Assembly (NCBI GenBank): GCA_963775425.1
Contig: CAVZJB010000016.1
Span: 256,001-320,000 of the forward strand
Reading direction: 5' to 3'
DNA: 64,000 bases
Source: an uncultured delta proteobacterium
GTDB taxonomy: Bacteria; Myxococcota; UBA727; VGSZ01
Position numbers and translations under genes: made by a program
Notes under the pieces: model-generated
Seen by the model: the letters and a program-made list of their open reading frames with translations, nothing else
Databases searched by the model: none
What the model was told of the DNA's origin: nothing
Shown: positions 1-11,517 of the stretch, piece after piece
How positions within the stretch are numbered: the first letter of the stretch is position 1
Layout of the letters: each line of letters starts with the position of its first letter

Positions 1-294
<294 letters not shown>

Positions 295-302
295 GTTGTC
301 TC

Positions 303-1733
303 CTATGTAAGCTTCTTGAGCGGATCGAGGACGGCGCGGATGCGCGTGCGCACCCGCTCCCGCCCGAGGATGGCGAGGACGTCCCAGAGCCCGGGCGTGG
401 CCTTCTTGCCGGTCACCACCCAGCGCAGCGGGCCGAGCAGGTCCTTGCCGAGCTCCTTGTCGGCACAGAACCCCTCGACGAGCGACTTCACGGTCTCCTG
501 CGTCCAGCCGAACTGCGCGTCCACGCGCTCGACGAGCTCCGCGAAGAGCGCCGCGCTCTCCGCCGGCGTCTTCTGCACGGTCTTGCCGCGGATGACGGCG
601 TTTTGCAGGTCGAAGCTCACCGAGCCCGCGAAGAAGTAGCTCGCGTAGTCCACGAAGTCCTCGGACTTCTCCCAGCGCGTCTTGGACGCCGCCACGATCC
701 GCTCGAGGGTCGCGTCGTCGAACAGGCGCTCCTTCAAGTAGCGCACGATGTCGGCGTCGCTCATCTTCTCGCGCAGATACCGGCCGTTGAGATCGAGGAG
801 CTTCTTCAAGTCGAACACCGGACCGCCGAGCACCACGCGCTCCAGCCTGAAGCCCTCGATGAGCTCGGCGAGCGAGAAGACCTCGCGCTGATCCTCGAAG
901 GTGTGCGCCATCGTCCCGAGGAAGTTCACCATCGCCTCGGGCAGGTAGCCCGCCTCGCGAAACCACGAGAGGCTCACCGGGTTCTTGCGCTTGGACACCT
1001 TGGATTTGTCGGCGTTGCGCAGCAAGGGAAGATGAATAAATTCAGGACATTGCCACCCAAAGCTCTCGTAGAGAATCACGTGCTTGGGTGCCGAGGAGAT
1101 CCACTCCTCGCCGCGCAGCACGTGCGTGATCTCCATGAGGTGGTCGTCGACCACGTTGGCCAGGTGGTAGGTGGGGAAGCCGTCGCTCTTCAGGAGCACC
1201 TGGTCGTCGACCTCGGAGGCCGCGATGGGCTTCTGGTCGGGGCGCAGGGGGTCGGTCCAAGAGAACGCGCGTCCCGGCTCGCGCGGCACCTTGAGGCGCA
1301 CCACCGAGCCCGTCGACAGCCCGCGCTCCCGGCAGTGGCCGTCGTAGCCCTGTGTCCCGTCCTTGCGGGCCGCCCGCTCCTTGCGCACGGCGTCGAGCCG
1401 CTCCTTGGTGCAGTCGCACCAATAGGCCTTCCCCGACGCCAGCAGCTTGTCGACGTGCTCCTTGTAGATGGGCAGCCGCTCGCTCTGGCGGTAGGGGGCG
1501 TGCGGTCCACCGACGTCCGGACCCTCGTCCCACGAGAGCCCGAGCCAGCGCAGGCTGTCGAGGATGGCGACCTCGCTCTCGCGCGTGGAGCGCTCCCGGT
1601 CGGTGTCCTCGATGCGCAGGACGAACTGGCCGCCCCGTTGGCGGGCGAACGCGGTGTTGAACAGGGCGATGTACGCCGTGCCGACGTGCGGGTCGCCGGT
1701 GGGCGAAGGCGCGATGCGGACGCGGACCGTCAT
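303..1733 (-). CDS. gltX: Glutamate--tRNA ligase
   Basis: [16 protein letters not shown] (HIGH-like), LRIEDTD, KVSKR (KMSKS-like); start trimmed to ATG 1733. Confidence 0.96.
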   Translation of the reverse strand: MTVRVRIAPSPTGDPHVGTAYIALFNTAFARQRGGQFVLRIEDTDRERSTRESEVAILDSLRWLGLSWDEGPDVGGPHAPYRQSERLPIYKEHVDKLLASGKAYWCDCTKERLDAVRKERAARKDGTQGYDGHCRERGLSTGSVVRLKVPREPGRAFSWTDPLRPDQKPIAASEVDDQVLLKSDGFPTYHLANVVDDHLMEITHVLRGEEWISSAPKHVILYESFGWQCPEFIHLPLLRNADKSKVSKRKNPVSLSWFREAGYLPEAMVNFLGTMAHTFEDQREVFSLAELIEGFRLERVVLGGPVFDLKKLLDLNGRYLREKMSDADIVRYLKERLFDDATLERIVAASKTRWEKSEDFVDYASYFFAGSVSFDLQNAVIRGKTVQKTPAESAALFAELVERVDAQFGWTQETVKSLVEGFCADKELGKDLLGPLRWVVTGKKATPGLWDVLAILGRERVRTRIRAVLDPLKKLT

Positions 1734-1818
1734 GCGCCCGCCCTTAGAGGGTCGGTCGCCGCGGGGCAACGACCCTGTTGCTTTTCCGTGGGACGCCCCT
1801 CGACTAGGGTCAAGCCAT

Positions 1819-2658
1819 ATGGCGAGCTACGCGCACCCCGAAGTCCTGGTCGACACCGCGTGGGTCGAGGAGCACCTCGACGACGCCGCGGTGCGGATCG
1901 TCGAGGTCGACGTCGACACCCGCTCGTACGCGGACGAGGGCCACCTGCCCGGCGCCGTGGGCTGGGACTGGTCCAAGGAGCTGTGCGACACCCGCACGCG
2001 CGACATCGTGCCCAAGGGGGCGTTCGAGCTTCTGCTGTCGCGCTCCGGCATCGCCAACGACACCACGATCGTCCTGTACGGCGACAACAACAACTGGTTC
2101 GCGTGCTGGGCGCTGTGGCAGCTCAAGATCTACGGCCACGCCGACGTCCGCTTGATGAACGGCGGTCGCAACAAGTGGATCGCCGAGGGCCGCCCGCTCT
2201 CCGACGAGCCGCCCGCGCATGCGCCGACGGTCTATCGCGCGCGCGAGGCCGACTTCACCGAGCGGGCCTTCCTGAAGGACGTGATGCTCGCCTCCAACGG
2301 CAGCGTGTCGCTCGTCGACGTGCGCAGCCCCGCGGAGTACTCCGGCGAGATCCTCGCGCCGCCCGGCCTGCCCGAGACCTGCCAGCGCGGCGGCCACGTG
2401 CCCTCGGCGCAGAGCGTCCCCTGGGACGAGACATGCGCCGCCGACGGCACCTTCAAGCAAAACGACGAGCTCATCCAGCTCTACGCGGCCCGCGGCGTCA
2501 CCGTGGACAAGCCCGCCATCGCCTACTGCCGCATCGGGGAGCGCTCGAGCCACACGTGGTTCGTGCTCAAGTACCTGCTCGGTTTGCCGCACGTTCAGAA
2601 CTACGACGGCTCGTGGACCGAGTGGGGCAACCTCGTCGCCGCTCCCATCGAGAAGTGA
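1819..2658 (+). CDS. Tandem-rhodanese thiosulfate sulfurtransferase (SseA/CysA type)
   Basis: MASYAHPEVLVDTAW start, GHLPGA, YCRIGERSS active-site loop, NYDGSWTEWG signature. Confidence 0.93.
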   Translation: MASYAHPEVLVDTAWVEEHLDDAAVRIVEVDVDTRSYADEGHLPGAVGWDWSKELCDTRTRDIVPKGAFELLLSRSGIANDTTIVLYGDNNNWFACWALWQLKIYGHADVRLMNGGRNKWIAEGRPLSDEPPAHAPTVYRAREADFTERAFLKDVMLASNGSVSLVDVRSPAEYSGEILAPPGLPETCQRGGHVPSAQSVPWDETCAADGTFKQNDELIQLYAARGVTVDKPAIAYCRIGERSSHTWFVLKYLLGLPHVQNYDGSWTEWGNLVAAPIEK

Positions 2659-2666
2659 GGCGCGCC

Positions 2667-2951
2667 ATGCCGATCATGCGTCCCGAAGAGCATCGCGTCG
2701 TCGAGACCACCATCGAGGGGTGGCCCGCGCGCGTGACGTCGTGGCGCCTCGGCGCGCGTTGGATCTGCCATGTCGACAACGTCTCCCCCGGCGCCATCGT
2801 CGCGCGGGGCAACGGCGACACGCGCGAGGCGGCGGAGGCGGCGGCGACGGAGCTGGCGGCCACGCGCCTGCGCTCGACGCGGAGGCTGCAGGAGAGCATC
2901 AACAGCCTGCGCGCGAGCCGCGATCGGCTCGAAAAGCCCAGCGACGTCTAG
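2667..2951 (+). CDS. Small hypothetical protein (94 aa), probably co-transcribed with the sulfurtransferase
   Basis: C-terminal part of ORF 603..2951; ATG 8 nt after the rhodanese stop; protein-like sequence (GWPARVTSWRLG...DNVSPGAIVARG). Confidence 0.75.
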   Translation: MPIMRPEEHRVVETTIEGWPARVTSWRLGARWICHVDNVSPGAIVARGNGDTREAAEAAATELAATRLRSTRRLQESINSLRASRDRLEKPSDV

Positions 2952-2981
2952 TCGCTCGCTTGGCGGCGGTGAGGAGCTGAA

Positions 2982-3410
2982 TCAGTAGCCGTACGACGAG
3001 GGCGGCGGCGTGGTGTTGGGGTCGGCGACGCCCGGCCCACCGCGGTCCAGCGGGAGCAGCACGCGATCGGGGAGCTGGCGCGACCAGAAGAGGCCGACGA
3101 GGGGCACCGCCCCGATGAGGAACAGCGGCGTGCCGAGCAGGAGCGAACAGCCGCCGACGCTGGCGACGACCGGGATGTTCCACTCCTCCTGCTTGAGCTG
3201 CTTGCGCAGGGGCTTGTAGCCGGGGAGCGTCGCCTCGACGTCGTAGACCTTCTCCCAGCCCGTGGTCTCGTTGTAGGTCACCGGCGCTTTGCCGACCTTC
3301 TCGCCGTTGACCTTGATCTCGGCGCCGGTGGGGTCGCTGTCGATGATGACGGCGTGGGAGCACGCGCTCAGGAAGAGGACGGCGACGACGGGGGCGAGGA
3401 CCTTGCGCAT
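2982..3410 (-). CDS. PEGA-domain lipoprotein with a hydrophobic C-terminal segment
   Basis: Lipobox LSAC; IDSDPTGAEIKVNGEKVGKAP and LPGYKP are PEGA-like. Confidence 0.8.
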   Translation of the reverse strand: MRKVLAPVVAVLFLSACSHAVIIDSDPTGAEIKVNGEKVGKAPVTYNETTGWEKVYDVEATLPGYKPLRKQLKQEEWNIPVVASVGGCSLLLGTPLFLIGAVPLVGLFWSRQLPDRVLLPLDRGGPGVADPNTTPPPSSYGY

Positions 3411-3455
3411 ACGCGATGGCTCCAGATCGAATACGACGGAACGGACTGACCGGCC

Positions 3456-4409
3456 TTAGATAACGCCCTCCGGGAGGACAAGTCCACGCTCGGCGGCTGC
3501 CTGTGCGAATGCAGGCGGGATCCTCGCCCGGACCGGGGACCGCTCCGGGAGCGCCAGGGTCCACGCGTGCAGCAGGTGCCACGGCACGCCCTCCTCGACG
3601 GGGGCGCCGTAGAGCGCGTCGCCGACGAGCGCGTGGCCTGCGGCGGCGAGGTGGACGCGGATTCGGTGCCTCCTGCCCCCACGCATGCGCACCTCGAGCA
3701 GCGTGTGCGCGGGCCCGTGGGCGAGGGGCGTCGCCGCGGTGTGCGCGGGCCGGGCGCGGGCGTCCTGGACGTCGACGCGCATGCGCCGCGGGTCACGCGG
3801 GTCGTGGGCGAGGGGCGCGTCCGTGGTGAGCGCGGCGCGCGCGACGCCGTGCACGAGCGCGAGGTAGCTCTTGTCGACGCCGTCGCCCGCGAACGCGGCG
3901 CGCAACGACCGCCACGTCCCGCGGTCGCGGGCGAGCGCGAGGCAGCCTGACGTGCCCGTGTCGAGGCGGTGCACGAGGCCGCCCTCGCGCGGGTCCTCGG
4001 ACGCGGCCGCGATTTCGGGGAAGAGCGCCACCAGCGCGTCGACGACGGTGCCGCCCTCGCCGGGGACGAGCGGGTGGCACGGCATGCCCGCGGGCTTGTC
4101 GACGACGACGACGCGGTCGTCGACCCGGAGCCGCGGGACCACGTCGGGCCCGGGAACGAGCCACGCGCCGTGACCCTCGACGACGACGGCGGCGCCGGCG
4201 GCGAGGGCGTCGCCCTTTTTCACCTTGCGTCGGTCGACGCGGACACGGCCGGCTTCGAGCAGGCGGCGCGCAGCGCCGGTGGACAGATCGAGGAGCGCGG
4301 CGACGACACGGTCCGCGCGCGCGCCGTCGAGCTCGCCGGGCACCACGACGCCCACGTCGTCCGCGGCGCCGCTCGAGGGCGCCCCGGGGGGCCGCGCAGG
4401 GCCCGTCAC
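3456..4409 (-). CDS. RluA/RluD-family pseudouridine synthase
   Basis: S4-like N-terminus (RADRVV...GRVRVD), VVDKPAGM, HRLDTGTSG catalytic motif, GRRHRIRVHL, GDALYG; GTG start overlaps upstream TGA. Confidence 0.92.
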   Translation of the reverse strand: MTGPARPPGAPSSGAADDVGVVVPGELDGARADRVVAALLDLSTGAARRLLEAGRVRVDRRKVKKGDALAAGAAVVVEGHGAWLVPGPDVVPRLRVDDRVVVVDKPAGMPCHPLVPGEGGTVVDALVALFPEIAAASEDPREGGLVHRLDTGTSGCLALARDRGTWRSLRAAFAGDGVDKSYLALVHGVARAALTTDAPLAHDPRDPRRMRVDVQDARARPAHTAATPLAHGPAHTLLEVRMRGGRRHRIRVHLAAAGHALVGDALYGAPVEEGVPWHLLHAWTLALPERSPVRARIPPAFAQAAAERGLVLPEGVI

Positions 4410-5482
4410 GGGAGGACCACTTCGGCGCGCCGGCCGCGCACGCGCTCGGCGAGCGCCAGCTCCGGGTCGGGCTCGCCGGCGACGGCGCGCAGCACCGAGA
4501 GGAAGCAGCGCATGTCCTCGCGGCACGAGGCGTAGGCCTCCTGGTAGACGCGCTGCTTGAGCGAGTAGATGCCGAACGCCGACAGCTCGGCGTTGTTGTC
4601 GGGCAGCCGCGCGTGGCGCAGGTGATACGACAGGAGCGTCGGCGCCACCTCGTCCTGCCAGTGGCGCTGGTGCTCGAGGAAGATGCGGTCCTTGCGGGCG
4701 AGGATCTCGGCGTCGGAGAGCGCTCCGCTCTGCGCGAACAACACGCGCAGGTCGAACGCGAGGGCGCCGACGGCGCGCACGTAGGCGTCGTCGTCGCGGT
4801 CGAGCTCCACCATGCGCTTGGCGATCTGCGAGTCCTCGCCGTAGTGCTCGACGACGAAGCGCCGCCGCCCCTCCTTGCCGATGAAGGTCGCGAGCCCCTC
4901 GTTGAACGCGCCCTGCCCCGGCACGAAGATGGTGGCGTGCGCGAGCTCGTGGATGACGGTCTCCACGATGTCGAGCTCGTCGCCGTGAAACAGCATGGTC
5001 GACAGGACGGGGTCCGGCGCGAACCCGAGCAGCGAGTACGTGGTCACGGGCCGCACGTCGACGTCGTAGCCCTGCCCCGCGAGCTCCTGCGCGAGCCCCT
5101 CGGCGGCGTCGAGGTGGAAGGAGCCGCGGTACGGCAGCGCGCCGAGCACCGGGTAGCGCCAGGTGTACGGATCGAGCGAGGTGCGCGGCGCCGCCGACAC
5201 GACGTAGACGACGGCGGGGGCGTCGAGGAACACCACGGTGCGGTACTGAAAGCCGACGTCGAGCCCGATCTCCTCCTTGGCGAAGTCGCGCGCGGCCACG
5301 GCGAGCGACAGCCGGTGCTTCACCGCGTGCGGGGTATCGGGATCGGCGAGGAGCGGCGCGATGGGGCGGGCGGCGGCGAGGACCTCGGCCTGGCCGAGCC
5401 CCTGCTCGACGAGGTAGTCGGCGTCGGCGCACGACGCCGCGCACACGGCGAGGGCGACGGCGACGGCCGTGCGGCAGGTCAT
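4406..5482 (-). CDS. Putative zinc aminopeptidase lipoprotein (DUF2265-like)
   Basis: Signal with Cys (AASC), W-x-YPVLGALPYRG, YSLLGF..DP, HELAH and FNEGLATF gluzincin motifs. Confidence 0.85.
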   Translation of the reverse strand: MTCRTAVAVALAVCAASCADADYLVEQGLGQAEVLAAARPIAPLLADPDTPHAVKHRLSLAVAARDFAKEEIGLDVGFQYRTVVFLDAPAVVYVVSAAPRTSLDPYTWRYPVLGALPYRGSFHLDAAEGLAQELAGQGYDVDVRPVTTYSLLGFAPDPVLSTMLFHGDELDIVETVIHELAHATIFVPGQGAFNEGLATFIGKEGRRRFVVEHYGEDSQIAKRMVELDRDDDAYVRAVGALAFDLRVLFAQSGALSDAEILARKDRIFLEHQRHWQDEVAPTLLSYHLRHARLPDNNAELSAFGIYSLKQRVYQEAYASCREDMRCFLSVLRAVAGEPDPELALAERVRGRRAEVVLP

Positions 5483-6393
5483 CCGGGCAGCGGGATGGTC
5501 AACAGCGGCATCGCCGGCGCGAACGACGCCGACCGCGACGGCGACGACGGCAGGAGCGCCGCCGACGACGGCGGCTCCTTCCAGTGCGGGTTCACGGCGT
5601 AGCCGCTCTTTGGCGTGGCGCTGACGGACATGCCCCAGGCGCCGATGAGCGCGGGGACGCCGACGAGCGCGATGCCCCCGATGACGATGGCGGGCAAGGA
5701 GCCGAGGAGCGAGAACACGACGATGGCGCCGACGCCGGCGCTGCCGGTGAATTCCACGAGCCCCTGCAGGCCGCCGATGAGCATCAGGCCCACGCCGAAG
5801 GTCACGGCGCTGACGCCGGCGCCGAGGAGCGAGCCGGCGATGTGGGCGCCGAGGGCGACGAGGTAATTGCCGTCGTAGACCTTGCTGGTGTTGTTGAAGA
5901 CGAGGTACGCCGCGAGCGCCGCCCCGGCGGACTCGAGGAACAGATAGCCCCCGGCGAGCCCGATGATGAACGGCGCGAGCGTCGCAGGCGAGCTGCTCGC
6001 GAGCGCTGCGGCGCCGGTGATGCCGATGTATGCGGTGGGGAGGCCGACGAGGACGTGGGTGCCGAGGGCGACGACGCTGGACGCGCCCGCGGCGAACCAG
6101 AAGGCGCGCCCGTCGTCGAGGATCCAGCCGTAGCGCGGCGGCACCACCAGCGACGGCGTCGCGGCCGCGAGGGCGCGCCCGGCGTCGAGGCCGGGCGACG
6201 CCGTGGACGCAGCGAGCGCGCCCGAGAGGCGGGGCACGTCGAGGTGGAGCCGGGGCACGTCGAGCCGCGCCAGCCGCAAGAGGTCCACCGGCGCCGCGCT
6301 CACCCCCTCGAGGAGCGCAGCTCCCTGGGCGAGCGGCGAGGGTGTCGCCGGAGAGGCGAGGGACGCGCAGACGGCGAGGGCGGCGGTGAGCAC
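5479..6393 (-). CDS. Hypothetical multi-pass membrane protein
   Basis: Signal-like N-terminus and about 5 Gly/Ala-rich hydrophobic segments; stop overlaps next ATG; TACGCT 6 nt upstream of GTG. Confidence 0.7.
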   Translation of the reverse strand: MLTAALAVCASLASPATPSPLAQGAALLEGVSAAPVDLLRLARLDVPRLHLDVPRLSGALAASTASPGLDAGRALAAATPSLVVPPRYGWILDDGRAFWFAAGASSVVALGTHVLVGLPTAYIGITGAAALASSSPATLAPFIIGLAGGYLFLESAGAALAAYLVFNNTSKVYDGNYLVALGAHIAGSLLGAGVSAVTFGVGLMLIGGLQGLVEFTGSAGVGAIVVFSLLGSLPAIVIGGIALVGVPALIGAWGMSVSATPKSGYAVNPHWKEPPSSAALLPSSPSRSASFAPAMPLLTIPLPG

Positions 6394-6517
6394 GGACGGA
6401 GCGTAATACGAACCACGCCTCGCGCGCGCGCCACCCGACGACGGGGACGCGCGTCGCCGGGGCAGCTCGGCGACGGCCCACGACCACGAGGGCGCCGACG
6501 GCCGTTCGCGCGTCGGC

Positions 6518-7429
6518 TTACGGGAGCGCGGCGGCCAGGGTCTTGCCGATCTCGGCGGGCGTGGGCGCGACGCGGATGCCGGCGGCCTCGAGGGCCTTCA
6601 CCTTCTCCGAGGCCGTGCCCTTTCCGCCCGAGATGATGGCGCCGGCATGTCCCATACGCCGCCCCGGAGGCGCCGTGCGGCCGGCGATGAAGCCCACGAC
6701 GGGCTTTTTCATGTTCGCCTTCACCCACGCGGCGGCCTCTTCCTCGGCCGAGCCGCCAATCTCGCCGATCATGATGACGGCGTGGGTGTCCTTGTCCGCG
6801 TTGAACAACGACAGCACGTCGATGAAGTCGGTGCCGTTCACCGGGTCTCCGCCGATGCCGACGCAGGTGGACTGCCCGATGCCGAGCGCGGTGAGCTGCC
6901 CCACCGCCTCGTACGTGAGCGTGCCGGACTTGGAGACCACGCCGACGTTGCCGGGCTTGTGGATGTGCCCCGGCATGATGCCGAGCTTGCACTGGCCGGG
7001 CGTGATGACGCCGGGGCAATTCGGGCCCACCAGGCGCGTCTTCGACTGCGTCTTCAGGACCTGCTTCACCTTCACCATGTCGAGCACGGGGATGCCCTCC
7101 GTGATGGCGATGACGAGCTCGAGCTCCGCGGCGACGGCCTCGAGGATGGCGTCGGCGGCGAACGGCGGAGGCACGTAGATGATGGACGCGTTGGCGCCGG
7201 TGGCCTTCTTGGCAGCCGCGACCGTGTTGAAGATCGGGACCTTGCCCTCGAACGTCTGCCCGCCCTTGCCCGGCGTGACGCCCGCGACGATGAAGGGCGA
7301 CGAGCCGTGCGAGGAGCCCGGGCTGTTCTGCGTGCCGTACTCGAGCATCTGCTTGGCGTGGAAGCTGCCCGCGTCGCCCGTGATGCCCTGGACGATCGCC
7401 TTGGTGTTCTTGTCGAGGAGGATGCTCAC
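6518..7429 (-). CDS. sucD: Succinyl-CoA synthetase alpha subunit
   Basis: [39 protein letters not shown] phospho-His motif; GTG start at 7429. Confidence 0.97.
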   Translation of the reverse strand: MSILLDKNTKAIVQGITGDAGSFHAKQMLEYGTQNSPGSSHGSSPFIVAGVTPGKGGQTFEGKVPIFNTVAAAKKATGANASIIYVPPPFAADAILEAVAAELELVIAITEGIPVLDMVKVKQVLKTQSKTRLVGPNCPGVITPGQCKLGIMPGHIHKPGNVGVVSKSGTLTYEAVGQLTALGIGQSTCVGIGGDPVNGTDFIDVLSLFNADKDTHAVIMIGEIGGSAEEEAAAWVKANMKKPVVGFIAGRTAPPGRRMGHAGAIISGGKGTASEKVKALEAAGIRVAPTPAEIGKTLAAALP

Positions 7430-7605
7430 TTCTTCTTCTCGCTGGCTTCGAGGATGAGGTCGTCGGTGGGGTCGTCGAGGTTCACGAGGTCGTCGTGATC
7501 GGGCATCTCGTACGGCGGCCGCTCGCCCGAGCTGAGCCGCGACCCGAGGTTCTTCAACATGCCCACGGCGAGCCGGCCGCGCGGCGGGGTCCGCTCTCCC
7601 CTCAT
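7426..7605 (-). CDS. Putative 59-aa protein between sucC and sucD
   Basis: ATG overlaps sucC stop (ATGA) and its TGA overlaps sucD GTG (GTGA); [24 protein letters not shown]...[24 protein letters not shown]. Confidence 0.6.
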   Translation of the reverse strand: MRGERTPPRGRLAVGMLKNLGSRLSSGERPPYEMPDHDDLVNLDDPTDDLILEASEKKK

Positions 7606-8768
7606 GCGGCACCCCGCGCGGCGGCCACGGCCTTCTTGGCCCCGTCGCCCATGTCGTCGGCGGCGGTGATGGCGAGCCCGGACTCCTTGAGGATCTTCTT
7701 GCCCAGGTCCACGTTGGTGCCCTCGAGGCGCACGACCAACGGCACCTTCAGCCCGACCTGCTTCGCGGCGGCGACGACGCCGTTGGCGATGACGTCGCAC
7801 TTGGCGATGCCGCCGAAGATGTTGACGAAGACCGCCTTCACGGACGGGTCCTTCAGGATGATCTTGAAGGCCGCCGTGACCTTCTTCTCGTCGGCGCCGC
7901 CGCCGACGTCGAGGAAGTTGGCGGGCTCGCCGCCCTCGTGCTTGATGATGTCCATGGTGGCCATGGCCAGGCCGGCGCCGTTCACCATGCAGCCGATGTT
8001 GCCCTCGAGCGCGATGTAGCTGAGGTCGAACGCCTTGGCCTCGCTCTCGCGCGGATCCTCCTCGTGGGGGTCGCGCATGTCGACGATGTCGTTGTGGCGG
8101 AACAGGGCGTTGTCGTCGAAGTTGAACTTGGCGTCGAGCGCGAGCAGCTCGCTGTCCTCGGTGACCACCAGGGGGTTGATCTCGGCGAGCGACGCGTCGC
8201 TGCCGACGAAGGCGTTGTAGAGCCCGACGAGGAACGCCGTGCCCTTGCGCACCTGCTTGGCGTCGAGGCCGAGGCCGAAGGCGAGGTTGCGCGCCTGGTA
8301 GGGCATCAGGCCCACCGTGGGGTCCACCCACTCCTTCAGGATCTTGTCGGGGCTCTCCTCGGCGACCTTCTCGATCTCGACGCCGCCCTCCGTCGACGCC
8401 ATGACGCAGACGCGAGCGGTGACGCGGTCGATGACGAGCCCGACGTAGAGCTCGCGCGCGATCTTGCAGCCCTGCTCGACGAGCACCTTCCGCACGAGCT
8501 GGCCCTCGGGGCCCGTCTGGTGCGTCTTGAGCATCATGCCGAGGATGTCGTTGGCGTGCTTGCGCGCGTCTTCGCGCGTCTTGGCGAGCTTGACGCCGCC
8601 CCCCTTGCCGCGGCCGCCGGCGTGGATCTGCGCCTTGATGACGCACGGGTACCCGAGCCGCTCCGCCGCTTCCTCCGCCTCCCGCACGCTGGTGCACACG
8701 ACGCCCGTCAACGTCGGCACGCCGTATCTGCGGAGGATCTCCTTGCCCTGGTACTCGTGGATCTTCAT
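7602..8768 (-). CDS. sucC: Succinyl-CoA synthetase beta subunit
   Basis: [54 protein letters not shown]. Confidence 0.97.
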   Translation of the reverse strand: MKIHEYQGKEILRRYGVPTLTGVVCTSVREAEEAAERLGYPCVIKAQIHAGGRGKGGGVKLAKTREDARKHANDILGMMLKTHQTGPEGQLVRKVLVEQGCKIARELYVGLVIDRVTARVCVMASTEGGVEIEKVAEESPDKILKEWVDPTVGLMPYQARNLAFGLGLDAKQVRKGTAFLVGLYNAFVGSDASLAEINPLVVTEDSELLALDAKFNFDDNALFRHNDIVDMRDPHEEDPRESEAKAFDLSYIALEGNIGCMVNGAGLAMATMDIIKHEGGEPANFLDVGGGADEKKVTAAFKIILKDPSVKAVFVNIFGGIAKCDVIANGVVAAAKQVGLKVPLVVRLEGTNVDLGKKILKESGLAITAADDMGDGAKKAVAAARGAA

Positions 8769-8832
8769 GGGGCCGGGCCTAACAGACGCGGATCCACTGC
8801 TCAACGGCGGGTTTTTCGCGTATCGCCGCGGC

Positions 8833-9417
8833 ATGCACCCCACGCTGCCCGTCGCGCCCGGGAGCCGCGGACGACGCCCGCTCGAGCGCCTCGGCCCGCC
8901 GCGGCCCGTGGACGTTCTGCTCGACAAGGACGCCCTCGCCGCCGGCCTCCATCTCGACACCTGCCCGCAGTGCGGCGCGAACCCGGCCGGCACCACGCCG
9001 CCGCGCACCCTTCAGTGGGTGTCGCCGTTCATCTGGTTCGCCTTTCTGATCAGCCTCATCGTCGTCGTCATCCTCCACTACACGCTGCGCGTGCGGGTGA
9101 CGACGGCGCTGCCGCTGTGCGCCGACTGCGCGGCCGCGGACCGCCGCGGCCGACGGCTCGCCGCCCTCGGCCTCCTCGGTGTCGTGCTCGGCCCCGTCGT
9201 GCTCGGCGCCGCGGGCACCGTCGTCGGCGCGGGCGGCGTCGGCGCTGCCGTCGGCCTCGTCGCGGGCCTCGTCGGCGCGGTGACCGCGCAGGTGAAGCTG
9301 GCGCCTCAGATGATCGTGTGCCGCAGGATCGACGCGCAGGAAAAGACCGTCACCCTGCGCGCGAGCCCGACGTGGCGAAGCGTGCTCGAGCGCGAGCAGC
9401 CCGAAGCGCTGCGCTGA
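8833..9417 (+). CDS. Hypothetical membrane protein with two CxxC pairs
   Basis: CPQC and CADC flank a TM helix; two further TM helices follow; start inferred at ATG 8833. Confidence 0.7.
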   Translation: MHPTLPVAPGSRGRRPLERLGPPRPVDVLLDKDALAAGLHLDTCPQCGANPAGTTPPRTLQWVSPFIWFAFLISLIVVVILHYTLRVRVTTALPLCADCAAADRRGRRLAALGLLGVVLGPVVLGAAGTVVGAGGVGAAVGLVAGLVGAVTAQVKLAPQMIVCRRIDAQEKTVTLRASPTWRSVLEREQPEALR

Positions 9418-9430
9418 CGCGCGCTCGACG

Positions 9431-10312
<882 letters not shown>

Positions 10313-10405
10313 GGGGACCACCCTAGGAACGCGTCGTCACGGGCTTATCACCGCGACCTGGAAATTCGGGTGGATCCGAGCCACCCGGAAGGGGACGGTG
10401 CTACG

Positions 10406-10483
10406 GCCTCGCCACGTACTCCGCGGCGAGCCACCTTGTGGGCGGCTTCGCCGAGTGAGCCTTATTTTTCGTCAGCCTTTCAG
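10406..10483. mobile_element. Solo copy of an IS-like end (MITE/IS-end remnant)
   Basis: Near-identical reverse-complement copy of 55468-55555, including the terminal CTGAAAGGCTGACGAAAAATA. Confidence 0.7.
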
Positions 10484-11517
10484 CTCTGCATGCGGCCCTT
10501 GCCGTGCGTCTTGGCGTGCGCGAGGCGCTGGCGGCCGAGGGCCATGAGGCTGTCTGACAGCGTGTGGAAGCGGTCGAGCACCTCGCCCGATCCCGTCTTC
10601 GAGCCGCTGTCACCCATGTCCGTCTGCGACGTGGCGGATTGGAACATCAGGGAGTCGGCGCCCGGCTGGGTGCCTGCCGCGAGCGATCCGCCCGGCGCCG
10701 TCTGGTAGTCCGCGTCCGCCTCGATCACCTCGAGCAAGCCCGCCGCTCCGATGGAGAGGGTCACCGGGATCTGCACGTCGTCGAAGCCGAAGGCGGTCTC
10801 ACCGATGATGCGCAGGATCCGTTGTCCGAGGACGACGGCGCCGTCCTTGTCGACCTCGGGCGTGATGATGCAGAACTCGCCGCCGCCGGTGCGGGCGAAG
10901 ATGTCCTCGCGCCGGATGCGGCGCGCGAGGCGCTTGCCGAGCTGCGCCAGGACGGCGTCGCCGGCGAGGTGGCCGAATTCCTCGTTGATGCGCGCGAAGT
11001 CGTCGACGTCGAACATGATGAGCGACAGCGGCCGGCGATAGCGCGACGCGCGCGAGACCTCGCGCACCAGCGCCTCGCGGGCATAGCGGGCGTTGAAGCA
11101 GCGGGTGAGCCCGTCGATGGTGGTGAGGCGGTAGATCTCCTCGTAGTACGCGGCCTCGATGTTGTCGGTGCTGAGGTACTTGAGGATGGTGCGGCCGACC
11201 TTCAGCAGGTCGCCGGTTGAGAGCGTGCGCTCTGTAATCGGCTCGTCATTGACGTAGGTGCCGTTGGTGCTCCCAAGGTCCGAGAGCGTCACCCCGCTCT
11301 CCGACAGCAACAGCCGCGCGTGACGACGAGAGACGCTCTCGTGATCGATCTGGATGGCGGCCTGGGAGGACCGCCCGATGAGGATCTCGCCGGGCTTCAG
11401 GACGTACTTGTGGCCGATGGCCTGGCCGTAGATGACGACGAGGCAGGCGTCCGCTTTCGGCTTTCGATCGCCGATCTTCGAGATGACGGTAACGACGGTC
11501 TTCCGCCGCAGATTCAC
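10480..11517 (-). CDS. FHA-domain protein with degenerate GGDEF domain
   Basis: FHA motifs IGRSS, SRRHA, GSTNGT; DGLT..FN, DVDDFARINEEFGHLAGD; signature is GGGEF, preceded by an RxxD (RRED) I-site. Confidence 0.9.
   Translation of the reverse strand: MNLRRKTVVTVISKIGDRKPKADACLVVIYGQAIGHKYVLKPGEILIGRSSQAAIQIDHESVSRRHARLLLSESGVTLSDLGSTNGTYVNDEPITERTLSTGDLLKVGRTILKYLSTDNIEAAYYEEIYRLTTIDGLTRCFNARYAREALVREVSRASRYRRPLSLIMFDVDDFARINEEFGHLAGDAVLAQLGKRLARRIRREDIFARTGGGEFCIITPEVDKDGAVVLGQRILRIIGETAFGFDDVQIPVTLSIGAAGLLEVIEADADYQTAPGGSLAAGTQPGADSLMFQSATSQTDMGDSGSKTGSGEVLDRFHTLSDSLMALGRQRLAHAKTHGKGRMQS

Noticed and set aside
603-2666. N-terminal part of the 782-aa plus-strand ORF
   Set aside because: Shadow of gltX and an off-frame reading of the rhodanese; only the last 94 codons look real
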